Origin: an uncultured beta proteobacterium
Lineage (GTDB): Bacteria; Pseudomonadota; Gammaproteobacteria; Burkholderiales; Casimicrobiaceae
Direction: 5' to 3'
Assembly: GCA_963755065.1 (NCBI GenBank)
Contig: CAVWIM010000018.1
Coordinates: 242,278 to 306,277, forward strand
Length of the DNA stretch: 64,000 nt
Shown: piece by piece, positions 1 to 13,854 of the stretch
How positions within the stretch are numbered: the first letter of the stretch is position 1
Layout of the letters: each line of letters starts with the position of its first letter
Position numbers and translations under genes: made by a program
The notes under the pieces: model-generated
The model's database searches: none
What the model saw: only the letters and a program-made list of their open reading frames with translations
Told to the model about the DNA's origin: nothing

Positions 1-1202
1 GAGGTGATGATCCTGCAGGCGAAGGCGACGGTGCTCGCCACCGGCGGCGCCGGGCGGATCTTCGCGGCGTCGACCAACGCGTTCATCAATACCGGCGACG
101 GCCTCGGCATGGCGGCGCGCGCCGGCATTCCGCTGGAGGACATGGAGTTCTGGCAGTTCCATCCGACCGGCGTCGCCGGCGCGGGCGTGCTGATCACCGA
201 AGGCGTGCGCGGCGAGGGCGGCATCCTGCTCAACAGCGCCGGCGAGCGCTTCATGGAGCGCTACGCGCCCAACGCCAAGGACCTGGCGTCGCGCGACGTC
301 GTGTCGCGCGCGATGGACCAGGAGATCAAGGAAGGGCGCGGCTGCGGTCCGGAGAAGGACTACGTGCTGCTGAAGCTCGACCACCTCGGCCCGGACGTCA
401 TCATGAAGCGGCTGCCGTCGATCCGCGAAATCGCGATCAAGTTCGCCAACGTCGATCCGATCAAGGAACCGATTCCGGTGGTGCCGACCATCCATTACCA
501 GATGGGCGGGGTTCCGACCAACGTCCACGGACAGGTCGTGGCGCCCAAGGACGGCAATCCGAATGCCGTCGTCCACGGCCTGTACGCCGTGGGCGAGTGC
601 GCATGCGTGTCGGTGCACGGCGCCAATCGGCTCGGCACCAACTCGCTGCTCGACCTGCTGGTGTTCGGCCGCGCCTGCGGCAACTTCATCGTCGACCAGA
701 ACCTGCGCGCGCAAGGGCAGAAGCAGCCTGCCCGCGGATGCCGGCGACGCGTCGCGGCGCGGCTGGCCCGGCTCGACGGCGCGACGTCCGGCGAATCGGT
801 GCCGGAGGTCGCGAACCAGCTGCGCAAGGCGATGACGACGCATTGCGGCGTCTATCGCAACCAGCAGCTGCTGACGCGAAGGCGTCGCGCAGGTCATGGA
901 GCTCGAACAGCGGGTCGCGCGCACGGCGATCAAGGACCGGAGCCACGTCTTCAACACGGCGCGCGTCGAGGCGCTGGAACTGGACAACCTGATCGAGACC
1001 GCCAAGGCCACCGTCGTCTCGGCCGAGGCGCGGCGCGAATCGCGCGGCGCGCAGGCGCGCAGCGACTATCCCGAACCGCGACGACGCCAACTGGCTGAAG
1101 CACACGCTGTGGTACCGGGACGGGAACCGGCTGGACTACAAGCCCGTCAATCTGAAGCCGCTGTCGGTGGACGCGTTTCCGCCGAAGGCGCGAAGCTATT
1201 GA
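1..1202 (+). CDS. sdhA: Succinate dehydrogenase flavoprotein subunit, 5'-truncated by window edge, frameshifted
   Basis: Motifs [38 protein letters not shown]; C-terminus (ELDNLIETA...RRESRGA...NWLKHTL) continues in other frames. Confidence 0.97.
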
Positions 1203-1218
1203 CTGAAGAGCCTTCCCA

Positions 1219-1915
1219 ATGAAATTCCGCATCTACCGCTACGACCCCGAGCAGGATTCCGCGCCGCGCTACCAGGAGTACGACGTCGCGCTCGAGCCCA
1301 CCGACCGGATGCTGCTCGACGCGCTGATGCGGCTGCGACAGCAGGACGACACGCTGTCGTTCCGCAAGAGCTGCCGCGAAGGCGTGTGCGGGTCCGACGC
1401 GATGAACATCAACGGCAAGAACGGCCTCGCCTGCATCACGAACCTGAAGGACGTGAAGGAGCCGGTCGAACTGCGTCCGCTGCCGGGGCTGCCGGTGATC
1501 CGCGACCTGATCGTGGACATGAGCCAGTTCTTCAAGCAGTACCACTCGATCAAGCCTTACCTGGTCAACGACACGCCGCCGCCGGAAAAGGAGCGCCTGC
1601 AGTCGCCCGAAGACCGCGAGGAGCTGGACGGCCTTTACGAATGCATCCTGTGCGCGTGCTGCTCGACCGCGTGCCCGTCGTTCTGGTGGAATCCGGACAA
1701 ATTCGTCGGGCCCGGCCGGGCTGCTCGCCGCCTATCGCTTCATCGCCGACAGCCGCGACCTCGACACCAGCCACCGCCTCGACAACCTCGAGGATCCGTA
1801 CCGTCTGTTCCGTTGCCATACGATCATGAATTGCGTCGACGTGTGTCCGAAGAACCTCAATCCGACCAAGGCGATCGGCAAGATCAAGGACATCATGGTC
1901 AAGCGCGCGGTCTGA
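1219..1915 (+). CDS. sdhB: Succinate dehydrogenase iron-sulfur subunit (frameshift ~1715)
   Basis: [22 protein letters not shown] and [12 protein letters not shown] Fe-S motifs; follows sdhA. Confidence 0.97.
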
Positions 1916-1938
1916 CGATTGCAGCGACCCTAGCGACG

Positions 1939-2184
1939 ATGCTCTGCCCAGGAACGCCTGAACCGCATCCGCTGGCGCAGCCGGCGCGGAATGCTCGAGA
2001 ACGACCTGGTGCTGGCGCGATTCCTGGACGGCAAAGGGGCCGCGCATGACCGAGGACGAGGTCGCGATGCTCGACCGGCTCCTCGACTTGACCGACAACG
2101 ATTTGTGGGACCTGATCGCCGGCAGGCGGGAGCCGCACGACGCGACGGTGGCGTCCGCTGCTCGCGCAACTGCGCGCGGCGTGA
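1939..2184 (+). CDS. sdhE: Succinate dehydrogenase assembly factor 2 (FAD assembly), frameshifted
   Basis: Stitched RIRWRSRRGMLENDL (RGxxE motif) ... LLDLTDNDLWDLI; lies between sdhB and gltA. Confidence 0.88.
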
Positions 2185-2276
2185 GCGCCATGATTGTCGT
2201 GCCCCTCAGTTGTGCTCTCCATCGACCTCCGTCATTGTCCACTGACTTCTGACTTCACCGGCCGGGAGCCACCGCC

Positions 2277-3592
2277 ATGACTGACCGCACCGCCACACTC
2301 AACTTCTCCGACGGCTCGCCCGCCGTGACGTTCCCGATCCTGTCGGGTACCGTCGGGCCGGACGTCATCGATATCCGCACGCTGTACGGCAAGACCGGGA
2401 AGTTCACGTACGACCCGGGCTTCCTCTCGACCGCGTCGTGCAGTTCGGCCATCACCTACATCGACGGCGACAAGGGCGAGCTGCTCTATCGCGGGTATCC
2501 GATCGAGGAACTCGCGACGCGCTGCGACTTTCTCGAAACCTGCTACCTGCTGCTGTATGGCGAGCTGCCCACGGCGGATCAGAACGCGAAGATTCGTGTC
2601 GCTCGTGTCGCCACCACACGATGGTCAACGAGCAGATGCACTTCTTCATGCGCGGCTTCCGGCGCGACGCGCATCCGATGGCCGTGCTGACCGGGCCTGG
2701 TCGGCGCGCTGTCCGCGTTCTACCCGGACTCGATGAACCTGCACGACGCGAAGCAGCGCGACATCTCGGCCATTCGCCTCATCGCCAAGCTGCCGACGCT
2801 GATCTCGATGGCCTACAAGTACTCGGTGGGCCAGCCGTACATCTACCCGCAGAACAATCTTTCGTATGCGGCGAACTTCATGCGCATGATGTTCGCCACG
2901 CCGTGCGAAGCGTACACGGTCAACGAAGTGCTGGTGCGGGCGCTCGACCGCATCTTCATCCTGCATGCCGACCACGAGCAGAATGCGTCGACGTCGACGG
3001 TGCGCATGTGCGCCTCCAGCGGCACCAATCCGTTCGCGGCCATCGCGGCGGGCGTCGCCTGCCTGTGGGGTCCGGCGCACGGCGGCGCCAACGAGGCCGC
3101 GCTCAACATGCTCTACGACATCCAGGCGAACGGCGGGCGTGGCCAAGATCGGCGAGTTCATCACCAAGGTGAAGGACAAGAATTCGAGCGTGAAGCTGAT
3201 GGGCTTCGGCCATCGCGTCTACAAGAACTACGATCCGCGCGCGAAGCTGATGCGCGAGACCTGCTACGAGGTGTTGAGCGAGCTCGGCTTGCACGACGAT
3301 CCGCTGTTCAAGCTCTCGATGGAGCTCGAGAAGATCGCGCTCGAGGACGACTACTTCGTGCAGCGCAAGCTGTACCCGAACGTCGATTTCTACTCCGGCA
3401 TCGTGCAAAAGGCGATCGGCATCCCGGTGCAGCTCTTCACCGCGGTGTTCGCGCTGGCGCGCACTGTCGGCTGGATCGCCCAGTTGAACGAAATGGTCTC
3501 GGACCCGGAGTACAAGATCGGCCGGCCGCGGCAGCTGTACGCCGGTGCGACGCGGCGCGTCGGTCACGCCGATCGCGAAGCGTGCCAAATGA
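2277..3592 (+). CDS. gltA: Citrate synthase, frameshifted
   Basis: [64 protein letters not shown]. Confidence 0.97.
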
Positions 3593-3695
3593 GGGGCTGA
3601 CGGCGTCTTCGGCGAACGGTTGCGGGGCTGGTTTTGGACGCATCGCGCCACCATCTAGTCGGATGGTCAGGGTCGCGCGCAACGAGGTGATCGTC

Positions 3696-6536
3696 ATGGG
3701 CAGCATGAAGGAATTCGCGGAAACCAGCACGTTGTTCGGCTCGAACGTCCCGTTCATCGAGGAGCTGTACGAGCATTACCTGGCCGACGCGAATGCCGTT
3801 AGCCCGGAGTGGCGCGAGTATTTCGACGAACTGCGCGGCGACGCGGCGGACGTCGCGCACGCGCCGGTGATCGCGTCGTTCGTCGAGCTCGCCAAGAACC
3901 GCAAGGTCGCCGGCGCGATGGTCGACGCGGCGACGATGCACAAGCAGGTGCTCGTCCTGCGGCTCATCAGCAAGTTCCGCACGCTCGGCATGTTCTACGC
4001 CGACTTAGACCCGCTGGGGCGGCACGAGCCGCAGTACATCCCCGACCTCGATCTGCGCACCTACGGCTTCACCGAGGCCGACATGGCTACCGAGTTCGAT
4101 GTCGGCTCGTTCAAGGCGGGCCCGGCGCGGATGCGCCTGTCCGACATCATCAGCGCGCTTCAGGAGACCTATACCCGCACGCTCGGCACCGAGTACATGT
4201 ACATCTCGGACACGGCGACCAAGCGCTTCTTCCAGCAGCGGTTGGAGCCGATCCGCGCGACGCCTTCTTACTCGCAGGAGGAGCGGCGGCACATCCTCGA
4301 ACGGCTGACCGCGGCGGAAACGCTCGAGCGCTACCTGCACACCAAGTACGTCGGCCAGAAGCGCTTCTCCGGCGAAGGCGGCGACTCGATGATCCCGATG
4401 CTCGATCGGCTGATCGAAAAGGCGGGCGTTGCCGGCGTGCAAGAGATCGTGCTGGGGATGGCGCACCGCGGCCGGCTCAACGTGCTGGTGAATACGCTGG
4501 GCAAGATTCCGGCCGATCTCTTCTCGGAGTTCGAAGGGAAGACCGCGCAGGACCTGCCGGCCGGCGACGTGAAGTACCACCAGGGCTTTTCGTCGGACGT
4601 CTCCACGCTGGGCGGGCCGGTGCATTTGACACTCGCGTTCAATCCTTCCCACCTCGAGATCGTGAACCCGGTCGTCGAGGGCAGCGTGCGCGCGCGGCAG
4701 TTCCGCCGCGGCGACACGAAAGGCGACCAGGTCCTTCCGGTCCTGCTGCACGGCGATGCGGCCATCGCGGGGCAGGGCGTCAACCAGGAATGCCTCAACA
4801 TGGCGCAGACCCGCGGCTTCTACACGGGCGGCACCATCCACATCGTCATCAACAACCAGATCGGCTTCACCACGTCGGATCCGCGCGATACCCGCGGCAC
4901 GATCTACTGCACCGACGTCGCGAAGATGGTCGAGGCGCCGATCCTGCACGTCAACGGCGACGATCCCGAGGCTTGTCTCCTCGCCGTCGAAATCGCGATG
5001 GAGTATCGCCAGCAGTTCCACAAGGACATCTTCATCGATCTCGTGTGCTTCCGCCGCCAGGGCCACAACGAGGCCGACGAGCCGCTCGTCACGCAGCCTC
5101 TGATGTACAAGAAAATCGCGCAGCACCCGGGAACGCGCAAGCTGTACGCGGACCGGCTGGTCGCGGCCGGCGTCGTCACGGCCGAGGAGGCGGACGGCAT
5201 GGTGACCGCGTACCGCGCCGCGATGGACCGCGGGCAGAACACCAACAAGACCGTCATCGCGAATTACAAGCCGCCGTTCACGATCGACTGGTCGCCGTAC
5301 AAGAACCGCCACTGGACGGATCCCGCCGCCACCGCGGTTCCGATCCGGCAACTGGAGGCGCTGGCGCAGAAGGTCACGACCGTTCCCGCGGGCTTCAAGC
5401 TGCATTCGCGCGTCGAGAAGGTGATGGCGGACCGTCGCGCGATGGGCGAGGGCACGCTGCCGCTGGACTGGGGCATGGGCGAAACGCTGGCGTATGCGTC
5501 GCTGCTCAACGAAAACCACGGCGTGCGCCTGACCGGCCAGGATGTCGGGCGCGGCACGTTCTCGCATCGCCACGCCGTGCTGCACGACCAGAATCGCGAA
5601 AAGTGGGATGACGGCACGTGGATTCCGCTGCAGCACGTCAAGGAAGGACAGCCCGCGTTCGAGATCATCGATTCCGTCCTCACCGAGAATGCCGTGGTCG
5701 GCTTCGAATACGGCTATTCGACATCCGATCCCACGCGCCTCGTGATCTGGGAAGCGCAGTTCGGCGACTTCGTCAACGGTGCGCAGGTCGTCATCGACCA
5801 GTTCATCAGCGCCGGCGAAGTGAAGTGGGGCCGGATCTGTGGCCTCGTCATGCTGCTGCCGCACGGCTACGAAGGCCAGGGACCGGAGCACTCGTCGGCT
5901 CGCCCCGAACGGTTCCTGCAGCTGTGCGCGCAGCACAACATGCAGGTGTGCGTTCCGACCACGCCGGCGCAGGTCTTCCACATGCTGCGGCGGCAGATGC
6001 TGCGCAACTATCGCAAGCCGCTGATCGTGATGAGCCCGAAGAGCCTCTTGCGGCACAAGGAAGCCGTCTCGTCGCTCGATGATCTGGCCAAGGGCGGATT
6101 CCGCAACGTGATCGGCGAGGTGGACAAGCTCACGGCAAAGAACGTCCGGCGCGTGTTGCTGTGCTCGGGCAAGGTGTACTACGAGCTGCTGGCCTTCCGG
6201 CGGGAAAGGAAGATCGACGACATCGCGATCATCCGGATCGAGCAGCAGTATCCGTTCCCCCACGCCGATTTTTCAGCCGAAGTCGCGAAGTATCCGAATG
6301 CGACGGAAGTCGTCTGGGTGCAGGAAGAGCCGCAGAACCAGGGCGCGTGGTACCGGCTGCGCGCCTACCTGCGCCGCGACATGCCGGATCGACAGGTGCT
6401 GGCCTACGCGGGACGCCCGATCTCCGCCTCGACCGCCGTGGGTTACGGCAGCAAGCACAACCAGGAGCAGAAGCAGCTGTGGGAAGACGCGTTCGCGGCC
6501 AAGCTCGCCTCCGGTGAAATGGTCGTCGCGCACTAG
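3696..6536 (+). CDS. sucA: 2-oxoglutarate dehydrogenase E1
   Basis: [44 protein letters not shown]; start is internal to the 2733..6536 ORF. Confidence 0.98.
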   Translation: MGSMKEFAETSTLFGSNVPFIEELYEHYLADANAVSPEWREYFDELRGDAADVAHAPVIASFVELAKNRKVAGAMVDAATMHKQVLVLRLISKFRTLGMFYADLDPLGRHEPQYIPDLDLRTYGFTEADMATEFDVGSFKAGPARMRLSDIISALQETYTRTLGTEYMYISDTATKRFFQQRLEPIRATPSYSQEERRHILERLTAAETLERYLHTKYVGQKRFSGEGGDSMIPMLDRLIEKAGVAGVQEIVLGMAHRGRLNVLVNTLGKIPADLFSEFEGKTAQDLPAGDVKYHQGFSSDVSTLGGPVHLTLAFNPSHLEIVNPVVEGSVRARQFRRGDTKGDQVLPVLLHGDAAIAGQGVNQECLNMAQTRGFYTGGTIHIVINNQIGFTTSDPRDTRGTIYCTDVAKMVEAPILHVNGDDPEACLLAVEIAMEYRQQFHKDIFIDLVCFRRQGHNEADEPLVTQPLMYKKIAQHPGTRKLYADRLVAAGVVTAEEADGMVTAYRAAMDRGQNTNKTVIANYKPPFTIDWSPYKNRHWTDPAATAVPIRQLEALAQKVTTVPAGFKLHSRVEKVMADRRAMGEGTLPLDWGMGETLAYASLLNENHGVRLTGQDVGRGTFSHRHAVLHDQNREKWDDGTWIPLQHVKEGQPAFEIIDSVLTENAVVGFEYGYSTSDPTRLVIWEAQFGDFVNGAQVVIDQFISAGEVKWGRICGLVMLLPHGYEGQGPEHSSARPERFLQLCAQHNMQVCVPTTPAQVFHMLRRQMLRNYRKPLIVMSPKSLLRHKEAVSSLDDLAKGGFRNVIGEVDKLTAKNVRRVLLCSGKVYYELLAFRRERKIDDIAIIRIEQQYPFPHADFSAEVAKYPNATEVVWVQEEPQNQGAWYRLRAYLRRDMPDRQVLAYAGRPISASTAVGYGSKHNQEQKQLWEDAFAAKLASGEMVVAH

Positions 6537-6557
6537 GCCCCATCAGGATTTCCTCCA

Positions 6558-7862
6558 ATGCGTATCGAAGTGAAGGTCCCGCAGCTGCCCGAATCCGTGG
6601 CCGAAGCCACGCTCGTCGCCTGGCACAAGAAACCCGGCGACGCGGTGAAGCGGGACGAGAATCTGATCGACGTCGAGACCGACAAGGTCGTGCTCGAGTT
6701 GCCCGCGCCGGCTGACGGCGTGCTGGTCGAACTCGTGAAGCCGGATGGCTCCACCGTGACCTCGAACGAAATCATTGCGGTAATCGATTCGGAAGCAAGG
6801 GTGACAAATGAGGCGACCCATGCGGCCGCGACGACCGCACCCGCTGCCGCGAAGCCGGCGCCCGCCGCGATGCCGCAGTCGCCATCCGCGCCAGCCGCCG
6901 CGAAGCCGTCGCCTGCACCCGTAAGCGCGACCGTCACGGCGCTGCCGGCCGCGCGCAAGATGATGGCGGACCAGGGCGTCGAGCCGGCGGCCGTCGAGGG
7001 AACCGGACGCGGAGGACGCATCACCAAAGGCGATGTCCTTACCGCGGTCGAGGCGAGATCCGGCGAAGGGAAGAATGCGGCCGTTCCTGCGGCGAAGGCG
7101 CCCGCGACGACCCCAGTGCCCGCAGTTTCTCCCCCGGTTTCCACTCCGGCCGTGCAGGGATCCCGCCCGGAACAGCGCGTGCCGATGTCGCGCCTGCGCC
7201 AGCGCGTCGCCGAGCGCCTCGTGCAATCGCAAGCCACCGCCGCGATCCTGACCACGTTCAACGAAGTCAACATGCAGCCGATCCTCGACCTGCGCAACAA
7301 ATACAAGGAGCGCTTCGAGAAAGAGCACGGCGTCAAGCTGGGGTTCATGGGCTTTTTCGTGAAGGCCGCCGTCCACGCGCTGAAGAAATACCCGGCGGTC
7401 AATGCGTCCATCGACGGCACCGACATCGTCTATCACGGCTATTTCGATATCGGCATCGCCGTCGGCAGCCCGCGCGGCCTCGTCGTGCCGATCCTGCGCG
7501 ACGCCGACCAGATGTCGCTGGCGGAAATCGAAAAGCAGATCGCCGATTACGGCAAGCGCGCCAACGAAGGCAAGCTGACGATCGAGGAACTCACGGGCGG
7601 CACGTACACGATCAGCAACGGCGGCGTATTCGGATCGATGCTGTCCACGCCGATCATCAATCCGCCGCAGTCAGCGATCCTCGGCGTGCATGCGACGAAG
7701 GATCGCGCGGTGGTCGAGAACGGGCAGGTGGTGGTGCGGCCGATCAACTACCTCGCGCAATCGTACGACCATCGGATCATCGACGGCCGCGAGGCGGTGC
7801 TGTCGCTGGTCGCCATCAAGGAAGCACTGGAAGATCCCGCGCGGCTGCTCCTCGATATATGA
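6558..7862 (+). CDS. sucB: Dihydrolipoamide succinyltransferase E2
   Basis: Lipoyl domain ETDKV, Ala/Pro linker, [19 protein letters not shown]. Confidence 0.98.
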   Translation: MRIEVKVPQLPESVAEATLVAWHKKPGDAVKRDENLIDVETDKVVLELPAPADGVLVELVKPDGSTVTSNEIIAVIDSEARVTNEATHAAATTAPAAAKPAPAAMPQSPSAPAAAKPSPAPVSATVTALPAARKMMADQGVEPAAVEGTGRGGRITKGDVLTAVEARSGEGKNAAVPAAKAPATTPVPAVSPPVSTPAVQGSRPEQRVPMSRLRQRVAERLVQSQATAAILTTFNEVNMQPILDLRNKYKERFEKEHGVKLGFMGFFVKAAVHALKKYPAVNASIDGTDIVYHGYFDIGIAVGSPRGLVVPILRDADQMSLAEIEKQIADYGKRANEGKLTIEELTGGTYTISNGGVFGSMLSTPIINPPQSAILGVHATKDRAVVENGQVVVRPINYLAQSYDHRIIDGREAVLSLVAIKEALEDPARLLLDI

Positions 7863-7911
7863 AAACTTCTGATGGACCCGGGCCGGCGCGGCCGGCCCGA
7901 CTCTGAAAGCT

Positions 7912-9356
<1,445 letters not shown>

Positions 9357-9382
9357 CATGGGCGATATTGGGCGAGCGTCGA

Positions 9383-9426
9383 GTAGCGAAATGGAGCGTC
9401 GCTGGCAGACGCGACGCTCATTTCGC
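9383..9426. repeat. REP-like imperfect palindrome preceded by GTAG
   Basis: GTAG overlapping arm gcgaaatggagcgtcgc (9386-9402), 8-nt loop, arm gcgacgctcatttcgc (9411-9426); one bulged base. Confidence 0.6.
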
Positions 9427-9579
9427 GATGCCTAAAAGCAAAATGGCTGTGGGCCGATAGACAGATAGGATGTTGCAACTGCGCGCGGCGGGACGAGAAT
9501 CGGAGGAGCGTTGAACGGCATCAATATCGCGATGGCGGCCTTCGGGCGGACGGCGGGTGTCGCCGCCGCGCGTTGGCGC

Positions 9580-10731
9580 ATGACCGGGGCACTCGCCCCC
9601 GGTCAAATCGCGCGCCGCGAAGGCGCGCTCATCGATTATCTCGAACCGCTCCTTGCGCGGCGCCGGGCGACGCTCGACCACGCGCAGGCCGCCGCGCTCG
9701 ACCGGCTGCAGCGGCTGTCCGACGAACTCGCGGACTTTCGCGCCGCGCGGCAATCGACGCTCACGCGCCTGTTCAACGCGCCCGACGGTGCCGCGCGGCG
9801 TCTACCTGTGGGGCGGCGTGGGCCGCGGCAAAAGCTTCCTGATGGACAGCTTCTTCGCGACGGTTCCGATCCGGCGCAAGACGCGGGTCCATTTCCACGC
9901 TTTCATGCGCAACGTCCACGCGGACCTCATGCGCTGAAAGGCGAAGCCGATCCGCTGGCGACGGTGGCCGCGCGCATCGCCAAGCGCTGGCGGCTCATCT
10001 GCTTCGACGAGTTCCACGTGTCGGACATCGCCGACGCGATGGTGCTGGGCCGGCTGCTGTCCGCGCTGTTCGACGCCGGCGTCGTGTTCGTGATGACGTC
10101 CAACTATCCGCCGGAGGGCCTGTGGCCGAACGGCCTGCATGCGCGAGCGCTTCCTGCCTGCCGATTCGGCTGCTCCGGGAATGGCTGGACGTCCTCGAAG
10201 TCGACGCCGGCGTCGACTACCGGCTGCGCACGCTGGAGCAGGTGAAGGCGTTTCATGTGCCGGCCGGACCGATGGCCGATGCGGCGCTCGGGCGCGCCTT
10301 CGACGCGATGAGTTCCGGCCCGGACGAGGATCCGAAGCTTTCCATCGAGCGGCGGACACTGACCGCGCGCCGCCGCGCGGGCGGCGCCGTGTGGTTCGAC
10401 TTTCACACGTTGTGCGATGGCCCGCGCTCGCAGCTCGACTACCTCGAACTCGCGCGCCGCTTCGCCGTGATGTTCGTGTCGGACATCCCGGTCATGAACG
10501 CCGCAGAAAGGCGATTCCGCGCGGCGCTTCACGTGGCTCGTGGACATCCTGTACGATCATCGCGTCAAGCTCCTGGCCTCGGCCGAAGCGCCGCCGGAAG
10601 AGCTGTACGTCGCCGGACCGAATGCCTTCGAATTCTCTCGTACTGTCAGCCGGCTGGCCGAAATGCGCACGCGCGAATACATGGCGCTGCCGCACAACTC
10701 GGGCAGCGCGGCCGCCGCCGATACCGCCTGA
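9580..10731 (+). CDS. zapE: AFG1/ZapE family ATPase, frameshifted
   Basis: [17 protein letters not shown] Walker [40 protein letters not shown]. Confidence 0.92.
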
Positions 10732-10781
10732 CCTCATTGCCGCAACCGGTTCGCAAACGCAAGATCCCCAAGGAGACTCCC

Positions 10782-11790
10782 GTGCACAAATTCAAGGCCT
10801 ATCGCACATTCGAGGAGAACAAGGTCGTCTCGAGCCGGTTCGTCGACATGTCGATCGACGAACTTGGACCCCGGCGAGGTGGTCATCCGGACCAAATATT
10901 CGACGATCAACTACAAGGATGCGCTGTCGCACAACGGCGCCGGCAAGATCATGCGCAAGTATCCGACCAACGCGGGAATCGATGTGGCCGGCACCGTGGA
11001 AGCATCGGCAGACCCGCGCTTCAAGCCGGGCGACAAGGTCATCGTCACGGGCTACGACATGGGCGTCGCGCACGACGGCGGCTATGCGGAACATGTCCGC
11101 GTGCCCGCCGACTGGGTGGTGCGGCGGCCGGAGAGCATGACGGCTTTCGATGCGATGACCCTCGGAACCGCGGGCTTCACCGCGGCGCTGGCCGTGCTGC
11201 TGATGGAACACAACGGCCTGACACCTTCGGCAGGGCCTGTCGCGGTCACCGGCGCCACGGGGGGCGTCGGCTCGGTCGCGATCGAGATACTGGCGAAGCT
11301 GGGCTATCACGTGGTCGCGATCACCGGCAAGCCGGAGGAGGCCGCGTATCTCAAGGACATCGGCGCGTCGGAAGTCCTTCTGCGGCAATCGCTCGATGTC
11401 ACGAACATCCGGCCGCTCGGGAAGGCGACGTGGGCCGGGGTCGTAGACAACCTGGGCGGCGATCTGCTGGCGTCGCTGCTGTCGATGATGAAGATCGGCG
11501 GAACCGTGGCGGCGGTCGGGCTCGCGGCCGACTACAAGCTCAACACGACGGTGATGCCGTTCATCCTGCGCGGCGTGCGCCTGCTGGGCGTGGACAGCGC
11601 GAACTGCGACATGTCGCTGCGCCAGAAACTGTGGAACAAGCTGGCGGTCGAGTGGCGCCCGGACCGCGTCCACGATCTCGTCCGCACCATCGACTTCGAC
11701 GAACTGCCGACTCATTTCGATCCCTACCTCAAGGGCCTGGTCCGCGGGCGCACGGTCGTGCGCATCGCCCCCGATACGCACGGAGGCTGA
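10782..11790 (+). CDS. YhdH/AcuI-family NADPH-dependent oxidoreductase (acryloyl-CoA reductase-like)
   Basis: YSTINYKDAL, GTAGFTAA, VTGATGGVGS, TVMPFILRGVRLLGVDS; RBS aggaga; frameshift near 10865. Confidence 0.85.
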
Positions 11791-11850
11791 TCTAAAGCAA
11801 GGCGCGACTCGCCGCCGGCCCGCACAATCGGCGCAGGGAGGAAGCGTCAA

Positions 11851-13756
11851 ATGCCCACGTATCGGGAGTTCTATCGCCGTTCGCTCGCCGACCGGGACGC
11901 GTTCTGGCGCGACGAGGCGGCGCTCATCGATTGGCAGACGCCGTTTGCGTCGGTGCTCGACTACTCGCGGCCGCCGTTCGCGAAATGGTTCGTCGGCGGG
12001 CGCACGAATCTCTGCCATAACGCGATCGACCGCCATCTGGCCGCGCGCGCGGAACAGGCGGCGGTCATCTACATCTCCACCGAAACCGGCGCTGCGACGC
12101 GCTATACGTTCAGCGAGCTGCACGCCGAGGTAAACCGGTGCGCGGCGGTGCTGCAGAGCCTGGGCGTGGGACTCGGCGACCGCGTCCTCATCTACATGCC
12201 GATGATTCCCGAAGCGATGTTCGCGATGCTCGCGTGCGCGCGCTTCGGCGCCATCCATTCGGTGGTCTTCGGCGGCTTCGCCGCGGCGAGCCTTTCGACG
12301 CGCATCGATGACGCGCGTCCCAAGGTGATGTTCACGGCGGATGCGGGCATGCGCGGCGGCAAGCCGGTTCCGTACAAGCACTTGGTGGACGAGGCGATAC
12401 GGCTCGCCGCCCATCCGCCGCGTTCCGTCGTGATCGTGGACCGCGGCATCGACCGCGATTTCCCGCGCGTGGCAGGCCGCGACATCGACTACGCGACGCT
12501 GCGCGCGGCGCACATGGACGCCAGCGTGCCTTGCGCGTGGCTCGAGTCGAGCGAGCCCTCGTACATCCTCTATACGTCAGGCACGACCGGCAAGCCCAAA
12601 GGCGTGCAGCGCGACACGGGCGGCTATGCCGTTGCGCTGGCCTCGTCGATGCGCCGCATTTTCAACGTTGCGCCCGGCGAGACGATGTTCACGACCAGTG
12701 ACATCGGCTGGGTCGTCGGCCATTCGTACATCGTCTACGCACCGCTCATCAACGGCTCGACGACCATCCTGTACGAAGGCTTGCCGATCCGGCCCGATCC
12801 GGCCATCTGGTGGAAGATCGCCGCAGACGAAAAGGTCACGACGATGTTCAGCTCACCCACGGCCATCCGCGTGCTGAAGAAACAGGACCCGTGCGTTCAT
12901 GAAGAAGCACGACGTGTCAGCGTTGCGATGTCTCTTCCTGGCCGGCGAACCGCTGGACGAGCCCACGGCGCGCTGGGTCTCCGACGCGCTGGGCAGCGTG
13001 GCGATCGTCGACCACTATTGGCAGACCGAGTCCGGATGGCCGATCCTGTCCGCGCACCCCGGCGTCGAAGACACGCCGCGCAAGTTCGGCAGCCCGTCTT
13101 TCCCCGTGTACGGCTACGACGTCAGGCTGCTGCACGAAGGTACCGGCAAGGAGGTGGCAGCGAACGAGAAGGGCGTACTGATGATCATGCCGCCGCTGCC
13201 GCCCGGCTGCATGACGACCGTGTGGGGCGATGACGAGCGCTTCGTGCAGACCTATTTCACGACCTTTCCGGACAAGCTCGCGTATTCGACATTCGACTGG
13301 GCGACGCGCGACGACGACGGCTATTATTTCGTGCTGGGCCGTACCGATGACGTGATCAACGTGGCCGGCCACCGCCTGGGCACGCGCGAAATCGAGGAGG
13401 CGGTGCAGGCGCATGCCGGCATCGCCGAAGTCGCGGTCGTCGGCATGGCCGATTCGTTGAAGGGGCAGATTCCGGTGGCGTTCGCGGTCGTCAAGGATCC
13501 GGCCAAGGTCGCGAGCGCCGCGGGTATCGCGCAAATGCGCAAGGAAGTGATGGACACGGTCGATCGCGAGCTGGGCGCCATCGCGCGGCCCGGCGCCGTG
13601 TATTTCGTGACGGTGCTGCCGAAGACGCGCTCGGGTAAGTTGCTGCGGCGATCGCTGCAGGCGCTCGCCGAGGGACGCGATCCGGGCGATCTGACGACCA
13701 TCGAGGATCCGGGCGCGCTGGATCAAATCAAGGCGGCGCTCGCGGTCAAGGGCTGA
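11851..13756 (+). CDS. prpE: Propionate--CoA ligase (frameshift ~12895)
   Basis: YTSGTTGKPKGVQRDTGGYAVAL, DHYWQTE, GRTDDVINVAGHRLGTREIEE, LPKTRSGK. Confidence 0.92.
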
Positions 13757-13854
13757 TGACAACCTAGGCGAATTGTCCCGACCCTCCGCCGCATCCGACG
13801 ATCAACGGGGTTGATAGGCGATAATAGGAGGTTGATGTCCTTCATTGCGCGCCC

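Noticed and set aside
4005-6263. Long antisense or alternate-frame ORFs throughout the window
   Set aside because: Shadow ORFs of high-GC coding sequence, Arg/Ala/Pro-rich and without recognisable motifs.
2733-6536. Apparent GltA-SucA fusion (1267 aa)
   Set aside because: A frameshift near 3135 shunts gltA into the sucA frame; the true gltA C-terminus is in another frame with its own stop.
6825-6930. Ala/Pro-rich repeats in sucB
   Set aside because: Normal flexible linker of E2 subunits.
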